Below are positions 1 through 8,954 of a DNA stretch of 64,000 nucleotides, piece by piece. How positions within the stretch are numbered: the stretch's first letter is position 1; each line of letters opens with the position of its first letter. The translations under genes were made by a program, and so were the position numbers. The DNA lies in assembly GCA_963924565.1 (NCBI GenBank), contig OZ004615.1, positions 21,452,001 to 21,516,000 on the forward strand. The letters are read 5' to 3'. The notes below the pieces were generated by a model, which was not told the DNA's origin, ran no database searches, and saw only the letters and a program-made list of their open reading frames with translations. The stretch comes from Ascidiella aspersa (taxonomy: Eukaryota).

Positions 1-249
1 GGTCAGACTCTTTTTAAGGATCTACATAAATTGCTAGCTTTGATAGAGCATTCTGCCCCTCCAAAGAACTACAAAAAGCCTGCTTCGCTAGAGACGTAGG
101 CCGAAATTTAAAAAATTGCGTTTAATTGCATATGAAAGTTAAAGCGGTCATCGTTAGACCGTGCGACTTCCGAAGAGGCTCATTAAACAATTAAACATAT
201 TATACTTCATGTTCATTTAAATTGCATACAACAACCTTTCGTATCTTAC

Positions 250-411
250 CTGTGCGACGGCCACCTGACTTTGCTGCTCGGCTTGTTGAAGCTGCTGTTG
301 CAAAAGTTGGATCTGGTGGTGGGTGCTCAGGGGGGCGTGGCCCGCAGTGAGGGGCGGCACCGAGCTGGTGAGGGCGGATCCGTTTACCCGGTTGGTTGGA
401 GGGGAGGCGGA
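250..411 (-). CDS. NOS1AP: NOS1AP coding exon 8 (SASPP...PLSTHHQIQLLQQQLQQAEQQSQVAVAQ); gene continues beyond the left edge
   Basis: 162 nt, CAG acceptor and GTAAGA donor, phase 0/0. Matches CAPON PLSTHHQMQLLQQLLQQQQQQTQVAVAQ. Confidence 0.93.
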
Positions 412-473
412 CTGTGGAAATGTAAAATACACAGTTTAAAAAGTTGTTTGTAAATGAGTAATTCTAAATAGGG

Positions 474-773
474 CAGTGGTTCTCAAGCGGGGTGCCGCGG
501 CGTTTTAATGCTGGTGCCGATAGGTATTTAAGATTTTTTTAAGAATCTGATTTTTGCTCAATTGGTAAGCTTCTTGACACAACTATTTGCGCACGATAAG
601 AGACCATTATATCAAATGACTTTTTCCTTCATGTTTCAAGTTGATTGTGTTGTACCAGTTCCATTTATAGTGACATTTCAGTAAAATACTCCACGAAAAT
701 TCCAGTCGGGGTGCCGCAAATCTATTTATTATTTTGAGGGGAGCCGTAAGCCATAAAAGGTTGAGAATCACTG
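474..773 (+). mobile_element. hAT MITE (GGTGCCGC family)
   Basis: TIR CAGTG(G/A)TTCTCAA. AAATAGGG is duplicated on both flanks, offset by 1 nt. Related copies at 44148-44434 and 58770-59054. Confidence 0.85.
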
Positions 774-1028
774 GAAATAGGGTGATACGCCTCATAGCAC
801 GCTTTTCTACGCCCAGCGTACTTAGAAGCGCAGTCCTCCAGTTATTATTGTTTTTGTGTCTGTCACACACGTCTTTGCGAGCATGTGCCTGCGGATATGT
901 TAGACTTCATATTTCTTATTGCATTTTTATTAATGTTTTTTTAGTGCCCTTTTCTACTTTATCATTTTTATCCCCGTTTTCTCGCGCTTGTGCTTCTACT
1001 TCGTGCGTTTTAATTGCTTTTGTTTCTA

Positions 1029-1070
1029 CTTTGACCTGATGGAAGCACCGTTGTGCGAAAGCTTGTCGAG
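1029..1070 (+). ncRNA. Hammerhead copy of the same family with a one-nt insertion in the core
   Basis: CUUUGAC CUGAUGGA A GCAC CGUU GUGC GAAA GCUU GUCGAG. The downstream 45 nt are homologous to the array unit. Confidence 0.6.
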
Positions 1071-3359
1071 AATTCAATACAATTCGTCTTTATATTGCGC
1101 CACCTTATTACCTATTTTATAAAACGGGCTTTTTATAAATAAAAAGCAGAAATTTTGGAACAACGTCGCCTTAAACTGTGGGTGGTGTTTGAAATAGTGT
1201 TATTTATCGTCAGAGAAGCCTTTACGCCTGTTCGTATATATATATATATATTTTTTTTTTTTTGCATACTACTTAATCTGTCGAACTACTTTTATATTAT
1301 AAAAGAAAAATAATGATAATATTTTATATTATATTTTACAAATATGTGGAAGCAAGATAGTTGTCCATTTACGTCGCTATGAACCATATATAACTGCTGC
1401 TGGCAATCGTTTAAAGGCAATTTTAGTTCAAGTTTGAGCAAACAACGTGATGACTGGTCTTGATTGTTATGTATATGGTACAATCAGTTATGGCATAAAT
1501 GAGAGAAACCAGGCTTAGCGCTAAAAGTCGTCATTTAATAACGTCACAAAAGCGCAGTGCAGTGCGCACACAGCCCACAGAATTACTTCGAAATAAACGA
1601 CGTTTCTGTGGTTATACTATTTTAGCGTTATGGCTCGAAGCGTTGCATAGGGTCTGACTGACGTCGTAAACAGTCAGTTCTGACGTAGGAACGTAAAGAC
1701 GCACACGGAACGCTGGAATTTGCAGACGCGGATGCCGGGGCCAATCGACAGGGCCAATATAACGCCTGGCTAAATTTTTGAGGGTTGGTTATGCCTTTTT
1801 GCAACAATGAAGTCGAATGTTAAATTGAAAGGGAGCAACTAGACTTGGACAACTAGATTTATTTTGGCTATTTAAAATTAAATTAGAATTAAAATTAGAT
1901 CATTTTATTTTTTCCAAATTAGATTATAACAAGAATTTGAATTGCTGAAATCTCAAAAACCAAAATAAAAACTAGAAATTGAACTAGAATTTCATCTATA
2001 ATCACAATAGATTTAAGTCTCAAATCATTCTCATAATATTGGGAATGGAAAATATTCCTGTGCCAATTTTTATATGTTTAAAAATATTTAAAAAAATAAG
2101 TTTTAGCAACGGTGTAAAAATGATGTACCATATTAACGACCAAAGTGTTTTAATTTAAATAAATTGTTTCGACTGAGAGACTAACAATGCCGTTTGACAA
2201 AGTAGCATTTTGGTAAAATCGGAATTAGATTAGAACTAGAATTCGGCCGCGCAAACATCTCCAACCAAAAATATCCAACCCCTTCAAAATAGCAATGTAA
2301 CACTGAATATGTGATAATAGAAATCACCTTGACCCTTGCAAGATAAATGTCCACAATAATTCCTGATCAATAACAGCAGAATACTCTAGCAAAGATAGCA
2401 AATCAGACCAGACGTTATATTTTAATAGTGACTGAATTGAATTGCCAGCTTTGCCAGAGTATGCTGCCCTTCCAAAAGAGCTAAACAAAGCCTGCTGCGC
2501 GGCAGAGACGCAGGCCGAAATTTGCGGAATTCGCTTAATCGTGCGGTTTCGCGAAAAGGCAAAACAGCGTCTGGCGTAAAACGAGAGTAAAATGATCGGC
2601 TGATGCTAGCCGCGCCAGGTGCTGGAAGCATTGCTAGCACTAGACCCGCCGCTCTCGTTTGTTTTGATGTCGGCCAAATCAGCGCTTTCCACGCAGGGAA
2701 TGTGATAAATGGCATCGTCAGCTAGAGGCAAATTGCCCGTACACTCTTTTACGGTGACTTTTTGGAGGAAAATGTGTTAAGTCTTTACCTTTGACAAGCG
2801 CATATTGAGTCTCGAAATGGTGCCGTAAAAAAAAAAACATATTGTTTTGTAGTTTAAAAAATACGCACAATTTTTGTTGACAAGCCTTGACCACCATATC
2901 GTTATGCCGAAAACTGGCAATAAATTACGTAGGCTAATAGTCATAGTTTTGGTGTACAACCTCTGTTTTTATTATGCTCTCATTAAACTTTTCCTCAAAA
3001 ACTGGGCGTGTTTCCTTCTTATAAAAAATAGGTTTCCAGTTAACGGTGACAATACTGATGGTAAAATCGTTAAGAAGTTAATTCGTATCTTATGATATTC
3101 AGTTGAAACTTGAAAATAAACAGTTTTCTCAAGTGTTTACAATATCACGTTTGGGGTATTAAAGAGATTACCCAAAAAACAATTTATAACTGGCTGTACT
3201 TTCAACAATTATTAAAACAGATTAAAAAAATTAAAAAAAAAACGCTTTACACTGGCATTCTCTTACGATATATATTTATATAACATAAAATATCAAAAAT
3301 TTTACGGTAAAAACGGGAAATCAGGTGGAACTACATAAAGACAAGTTGTTTTGAAATCT

Positions 3360-3397
3360 CCAGAAGCTTCGCACACCAGCGCTTCATCAGGTCAAAG
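3360..3397 (-). ncRNA. Degenerate hammerhead copy of the same family
   Basis: CUUUGAC CUGAUGA A GCGC UGGU GUGC GAA GCUU; one A is missing and the 3' strand of stem I is lost. Confidence 0.5.
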
Positions 3398-3435
3398 TAC
3401 GGTAAAAAAAACAGGTAAAACGGTAAAAAAATCAC

Positions 3436-3587
3436 CTTTGCAGTCACAGAGTCGAGGTCAGTGACACCGGTTCTTGCGCTTTCGGCGAGATTGGCAGGCT
3501 GCACAACATCCACCGCGTCTATGTCAGTTTCCTCGATCTCGCCGTTCAAACCCATTCGTTCGTTGCCACCGAGGGTAACTTGCCGTT
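3436..3587 (-). CDS. NOS1AP: NOS1AP coding exon 7 (ERQVTLGG...EETDIDAV...GVTDLDSVTAK)
   Basis: 152 nt, TAG acceptor and GTGATT donor, phase 1/0. EETDIDAV and GVTDLD motifs match CAPON. Confidence 0.92.
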
Positions 3588-4145
3588 CTATTTGGAGAAA
3601 AAAAAATATGATAACACTCGTTATTGTCTGGAGCATAATGGTTTGAGGTTGTAGTAAGATTTAGTAAGAATATCAAAGCCTTTCTGCTGCAAATTTTTTT
3701 TTTATTTATGTCCACTTTTTATATACTGGGATTTCAGCAAAAATCAAGGCTTTTATGGAATCCTGCACTACAATCGGTTGAAAATCAAGATTCAGAATAA
3801 AAGCGTAGTAAGAATATCAAAGCCCATACCGAAGTAGGTATCATTTTGAACATTGAGTATAGCTATTATTTTAGAGAGGTATTCTAAACATTCAAAATAA
3901 TTAAAACAAAGCATTTGCTTCTCAACACTTTTTTTTTTTATAGTAAAAGAATTATTTGGGCAGCACAGCAAAAAAATATTATTAATTCCTTGTTGTTAAT
4001 ATGCTAGCAATATTGACCATTGGATAAAGCATTGCAGCAAATTTGAGCTTTGCATGAAACCTTGTAACAATTGATATTATACTTCACAGGCTATAGGAAA
4101 GCCTAAATCATCATTTTAAAACTCCTGGTAATACATAATATAGAG

Positions 4146-4858
4146 AAGTGGTCCCCAACCTGTGGGTCACGCCCTCGAGTGGGTTCGCTCAAAATTTTTC
4201 TGGGGTCGCCATACCTTCCAAATTTCTGCTGTTTTAGTGCTATTTATTTATTTTGTTTTCTTTGCAATGCTGTCACACTTATAAACGTGACTGAGTACAT
4301 AGCAAAAATAGGCTTGTGCTTATTCTACAAAGAAATAGGTGTTTTAACTCTTAAGATCTGGTAGGTTACAAAGATTTCAGAGTATCTACTTTTGGACTAC
4401 AACTCTGTCCAATTTTGTGAGTTAACTACTCTTTCGTAATGTGGCTTTGTGCACCAAAAATCCGTGCAATGAGAATATTAAGAACAAAACATCGTAAATC
4501 GCTTGCAAGTAGTAGAGCTTGGCGATTATGCTGATTTAAAGTGGAGCCGCGTCCTATGCAGGCACAACCACCACACTAAATGTAATTTACTATTAAAACA
4601 AACTAAAATTTTTGTGTTCGTTCGTGTGCTAAATTCAAAATCAATTTAAAGAAAACTTTCTAAAATAAATCATTTTGGTGCACATATAGCAACAGTTATC
4701 TGCAATTTGTATAGATTACGCATATTTCTTAGTGTTACTTAGTTTCAGCATTATTTAAAATATTTGTGTACCTATCTGAAAAAATGGGGTCGCAAAGTAA
4801 TTTCTAATTTCATTTTATTTAAATTGGGGTCGCTTATTAAAAAGGTTGGAGACCACTG
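4146..4858 (+). mobile_element. Internally deleted hAT (Buster/Charlie-type) element with a C-terminal transposase remnant
   Basis: TIR (C/A)AGTGGTC(C/T)CCAACCT and perfect 8-bp TSD ATATAGAG. Decayed RTKHR...RLC*FKVEPRPMQAQPPH* at about 4480-4579. Confidence 0.9.
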
Positions 4859-5021
4859 ATATAGAGTATGGGAAATTTCTGGTTCGCAACTAAAAAGTTG
4901 CTCAAGCGTTACTGACAATCTATGGCACTTCAACTGAGCACTTGAACAAAAGTAACTAGGACCACAAACAAAGCACAGGAAGGTAGACACTCGGAATTTC
5001 CCATGCTTTAAAAAACTCATA

Positions 5022-5304
5022 ATGAAGCTTTAAAGAACTTTATAAATGTCATAAATCATAGTTAAGCATGAATGAACTTTTCTGTCAACAACAGTGATTG
5101 TCAAAAAAACCTTGGGTTAAAGTGTGTTTGGTTTAGTATTGGCATTGCTTTAAATCAGCACTGGTCATTATGAAGCTTTAAACAACTTTATAAATTTCAT
5201 TAAAATACCTGTCAACAACAGAAACAGTGATTGTCAAAAAAATTTGGAATAAAGTGTGTTCGGTTCAGTATTGGCATTGCTTTAAATCAGCATTGGTCAT
5301 TATG
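5022..5304. repeat. Tandem duplication, about 140 bp x2
   Basis: ATGAAGCTTTAAA...AGTATTGGCATTGCTTTAAATCAGCA.TGGTCATTATG occurs twice. Confidence 0.85.
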
Positions 5305-5909
5305 TAACTATCATTCATAGGCCTGTAAGGTGTAACTAGCAAATGTAGTTTGAACGAGTTTAAGGTGTGGTGTTAATTATTAATGTACCACATTGTCACA
5401 AGGACGAATCTGCTATTAAAATAACAGCAAAAGTGTAGGTGAATTACTTTTAAACTATTCTATTAACTTTTTTTGGGTCTGCTTAACATCATTTTAGTTA
5501 AATATTTAAAAAAAAATATTTGCTGAACCAATTTCCTTTCTTTGATTTATACCTAGATCAACTATTGTACACTGATTTATTTAATTTTTCTTGGTTTGGG
5601 AAAAACATGATATGAGGTCTCAGTTACATCAAAGAAGCAAAAGTTAATGTCGGGTAAAAGTTTGGAGAAGTGCTGCTTTAAAATATTTAAAACATCTTTT
5701 TAAACAAAAGGTTTTCAGTTGAAGTATTATCACTACAGATAAAAGGATAAGACAATTTGAAAATAAATTATAAAATTTTTCTTCAGCAAATTTTTACAAT
5801 TGATACAATGCCAGGCAGCAACAGCTAATTCAATTTACAAAATGCTTTATTAATTCACAAACATATTAATTTGCAAATACAGACTAAAAATATAAAAAGA
5901 TCAGCTTGC

Positions 5910-6042
5910 CTTCGTTCTTTTTGTCCTGCTCTTTGTCACTGGCGCCCTCTGCTGTCCGTCCATCAGCAGAAGAGAGGGCATTAAATTTGTGGCAGACCTC
6001 GAACGCTTGACCGATGGTGCGTACTATCCGCATTGCTTGACT
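5910..6042 (-). CDS. NOS1AP: NOS1AP coding exon 6 ([44 protein letters not shown]), ending at a GC donor
   Basis: 133 nt, CAG acceptor. The AAG|GCAAGC donor gives phase 1, matching exon 7. [18 protein letters not shown] is conserved in CAPON. Confidence 0.92.
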
Positions 6043-6220
6043 CTGGTTCAACAAGGGCAAGGTTACTGAAGCTGCTGCTCAGCCAGGTTGGCATTTAAAA
6101 ACATTTTTTTAGCACTGCTTTTAGTGTAGGGTTAAACAGTGACATTACAAACAAACAAACAAACACACACAATCTATCATGTTTATTGATCTTTGTAAAT
6201 GGCCGCATGTTGTATTGAAT

Positions 6221-6262
6221 TCTTGACAAGCTTTAACACAACCGTGCTTCATCAGGTCAAAG
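6221..6262 (-). ncRNA. Degenerate hammerhead copy (GAAA changed to UAAA)
   Basis: CUUUGAC CUGAUGA A GCAC GGUU GUGU UAAA GCUU GUCAAGA. Confidence 0.6.
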
Positions 6263-6411
6263 AATCTATTTTTTTATTTAAATACATTTTTAAGTACAGC
6301 TTTTAGTGTTCAGTTACAGTGACACATCAAACACACTTTATCATATTTATTAGTCTTTGTAAATGGCCGTTTTAGTCTAATTTTAAACATGGTAATCAGG
6401 TGGCTCTATAC

Positions 6412-7236
6412 CAGTGTTTCCCAAACTTTTTTTCTCGCGTACCATTTTGAGCTTTTGTACAGTGTTCATGTACCACCTAAGTTACATCTGACTAGAATAT
6501 CTCAAACTATAGCTATTTAAGCATATAGATAAGAAAATGAGCATGTAGCTGTATTAGAGTTTAACAACTTCATTCCAGGAAGACTTAAAAGCCATAAATT
6601 AAGCAAAACACAGCAAATAGTTTTAATGCGATGGATGTAGTTGTTTTTTTCTCCACCAGCTGGTTGAGATGTCGTCGGGAGTATGCTTGGTTTCATAGCT
6701 GAATTAGCAAGCGCCTTCATACAAAAAACATATTGCGGAACAGCTTCTCTATTGTGTTCAATAGCTATAAACCCGTAGTTTATGTAGCCTAAGTCTGGCT
6801 GTACTTTCGTTTAGACATGTTCCTAGTATGGTTAAATTAAACAAAATTAAATTCTCACACTATTCCTCTATTTTAAAAGAAATTACAGTAGTTCAATATG
6901 ACTGAAATATCATTATACATATGGCAATACTACACTGCTGCTCTTCAGTTTATTACTACTTACATATTAAACCAGCTAACAATTAACGTTTTATTATCTT
7001 CAACAAGTTAAGTGTTACGTCATAAACGTGCGAAACCTCAAATTAAAGGTAATTAAAACGCAACATTGCAAATACCCAATCTGAAAGTTTTAAAAGTTGA
7101 AAGTTTTCGCAAGTTTATACATATGCTTCAAAAATTTTTTTTTTTAAGTTTTCGCAGATTTATACGTAGTCGCGTACCACCTGAAAGACTCTCGCGTACC
7201 ACCGGTGGTACGCGTACCACAGTTTGGGAACCACTG
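6412..7236 (-). mobile_element. Internally deleted hAT (Buster/Charlie-type) element with an N-terminal transposase remnant
   Basis: TIR CAGTG(T/G)TTCCCAAACT matches 15/16, with a perfect 8-bp TSD CTCTATAC. A frameshifted MSKRKYS/YINYGFIAIEHNREAVPQYVFCMKALANSAMKPSIL starts at 6818 on the minus strand. Confidence 0.92.
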
Positions 7237-7262
7237 CTCTATACAGACAAATTGCATTGAAT

Positions 7263-7304
7263 TCTTGACAAGCTTTCGCACGACCGTGCTTCATCAGGTC
7301 AAAG
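7263..7304 (-). ncRNA. Minimal type I hammerhead ribozyme, intact core
   Basis: Minus strand reads CUUUGAC CUGAUGA A GCAC GGUC GUGC GAAA GCUU GUCAAGA. It has both core boxes, stem II GCAC/GUGC, stem I UUGAC/GUCAA, and palindromic AAGCUU in place of stem III. Confidence 0.8.
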
Positions 7305-7485
7305 AATCTATTTTTTTATTTAAATACATTTTTAGCACAGCTTTCAGTGTAAGGTTAAACAGTGGCACTACAAACAAACACACACACACAATGTATCATG
7401 TTTATTAGTCTTTGAAAAATGGATGTATTTGTCTATTATAAACAGGGTAATCAGGTGACACTATTAAAGACAAATTGTATTGAAT

Positions 7486-7527
7486 TCTTGACAAGCTTTC
7501 ACACAACCATGCTTCATCAGGTCACAG
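7486..7527 (-). ncRNA. Minimal hammerhead ribozyme, core intact, stem II weakened by G-U pairs
   Basis: CUGUGAC CUGAUGA A GCAU GGUU GUGU GAAA GCUU GUCAAGA; 223 nt from the 7263 copy. Confidence 0.7.
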
Positions 7528-7716
7528 TAGCTATTTTTTTTTTTTTTTAGAATTTAATACAATTTGTCTTTATATAGGGCCATCTGATTACCATATTTAT
7601 TGGTGTAAGTGACTTAGCGTAATATTGAAAATTTGGGTCACTGTAGATTGTAGAATTTAGGCTTTCTGTGAAAACGCACTTAAACTAATAAGTGACAAAT
7701 CAACAAAACGTGTCAC

Positions 7717-7825
7717 CTTTTTGGTTGACTTGAAGACATTGCATCTGAAAACGTTGCTTGCCCCATCTCTAGCTATGTAGCTCCAGATTTTTAAGTCATG
7801 GGAGTCGTGGGATACATAGAATATC
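7717..7825 (-). CDS. NOS1AP: NOS1AP coding exon 5 ([36 protein letters not shown])
   Basis: 109 nt, CAG acceptor and GTGACA donor, phase 2/0. Near-identical to the CAPON PTB core. Confidence 0.96.
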
Positions 7826-7899
7826 CTGCACAGCAGTTAAGATATTATATGTGGAGACAACAGATACTAAATTACCATGAAAACAATACATAGTTTATA

Positions 7900-7952
7900 T
7901 GCCCTGATGAATATTACCTGGATAGGTTATCGAAATGTCGGTACAGAATAAA
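7900..7952 (+). ncRNA. Second-family, Penelope-type hammerhead-like motif followed by AATAAA
   Basis: UGCC CUGAUGA AU AUUACCU GGAU AGGUUAU C GAAA UG UC GGUA, then AAUAAA. A decayed homologue lies at about 56445-56500. Confidence 0.5.
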
Positions 7953-8376
7953 TAATTGTCGGAAGAACCCTTTTTACAATTAATATAATGCCTGGCAGCA
8001 ACAGTATATTCAATACATAAACATTATTCAGCAACATTAAAAAGGCAAATACAATGGATCAGAAGGTGTAGGGTAATATCCAAAATATATGTGTAACACA
8101 CAGTGAGGCATAAACTTGCGAAATGTTTTGAAGAGTTAGCATTTAAAGGTTTTAGCTCAACTTGTTGAGAGTCAGACAATAGGTTGGAATCACAAACCAG
8201 TAAATATTATTATTATTACACTAGCCAGTCTGCACCCAGGTAAATTTCTGACCTCTTAAGCAGCATAAGTTGAATAAACTCTTAAAATATGCCATGTTTA
8301 GATTTTGTTTAAAATTCAAAATCTAGTAACAGCATTTTAAAGCACAAAAGTTTCTGTGTAATTAGTTTATGCTTAC

Positions 8377-8435
8377 CTATAAACAGGATCATGCATCACC
8401 AGCAATTTCCGTTCATCCCAGTTCCAGTCTTTTTT
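8377..8435 (-). CDS. NOS1AP: NOS1AP coding exon 4 (KKDWNWDERKLLVMHDPVYR)
   Basis: 59 nt, TAG acceptor and GTAAGC donor, phase 0/2. Matches [20 protein letters not shown]. Confidence 0.95.
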
Positions 8436-8861
8436 CTACAATAAAATAACTTTTAATTTTTTATAACAAAAAACGTGTTGATACATTATACAAGCATTGT
8501 ACAAACAACTAAACAAATTATATAAACATTTTCAAAGATTAAATAAACACCTATATTTCCAGTTTTGCAAATTAAGATAGACTCAGTCTTGTCAAAAAAC
8601 GAAAACATTATGTTGTTTTGCGAAGTTACTGAACTCATTTAGTAACTAAAACATAGTTTTGCAAAAAATATTGTGCATAAGTTTAGGTAGCCAATGTAAT
8701 TTTATTCAATTGGATCTGTTTTAAGACCTATTTAATTTTACATAAATATAAAAAAAATTAAAGCAAAGAGATGCATATAATTAAGCTTGTTTTTTTAAAT
8801 AACAACAGAGAATTTCTCTTATCAAATAGTGGCAGTTATTTAAATTAGGTTCTTTACAAAC

Positions 8862-8954
8862 CCTCTTTTTCTTTCTTAGCGTAACTTTAACCCCTTCCAC
8901 AGAAACAGTCACATTGACTTTTCGCTTTTTGATCTGCTTTGCCTTGAATTCATA
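8862..8954 (-). CDS. NOS1AP: NOS1AP coding exon 3 ([31 protein letters not shown])
   Basis: 93 nt, TAG acceptor and GTTTGT donor, phase 0/0. Matches CAPON [24 protein letters not shown]. Confidence 0.95.

Larger units (their letters stand above)
31..2523 (+). repeat. Pair of about 80-bp dispersed direct repeats (31-109 and 2442-2523) flanking NOS1AP exon 8
   Basis: TTGC.AGCTTTG..AGAG.AT.CTGCCC...AAAGCCTGCT...AGAGACG.AGGCCGAAATTT in both. Confidence 0.75.
6100..7530 (-). repeat. Three-unit tandem array (about 210-223 bp) carrying hammerheads, interrupted by a hAT element
   Basis: Recurring blocks ACATTTTTAGCAC...ACAAACAAACACACACA...TCATGTTTATT and GAATTCTTGACAAGCTTT...GCTTCATCAGGTCA. Confidence 0.85.

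Noticed and set aside
2327-2385. Possible extra NOS1AP exon ending at a GTGATT donor
   Set aside because: The available acceptors give phase 1 or 2, and exons 7 and 8 already join in phase 0.
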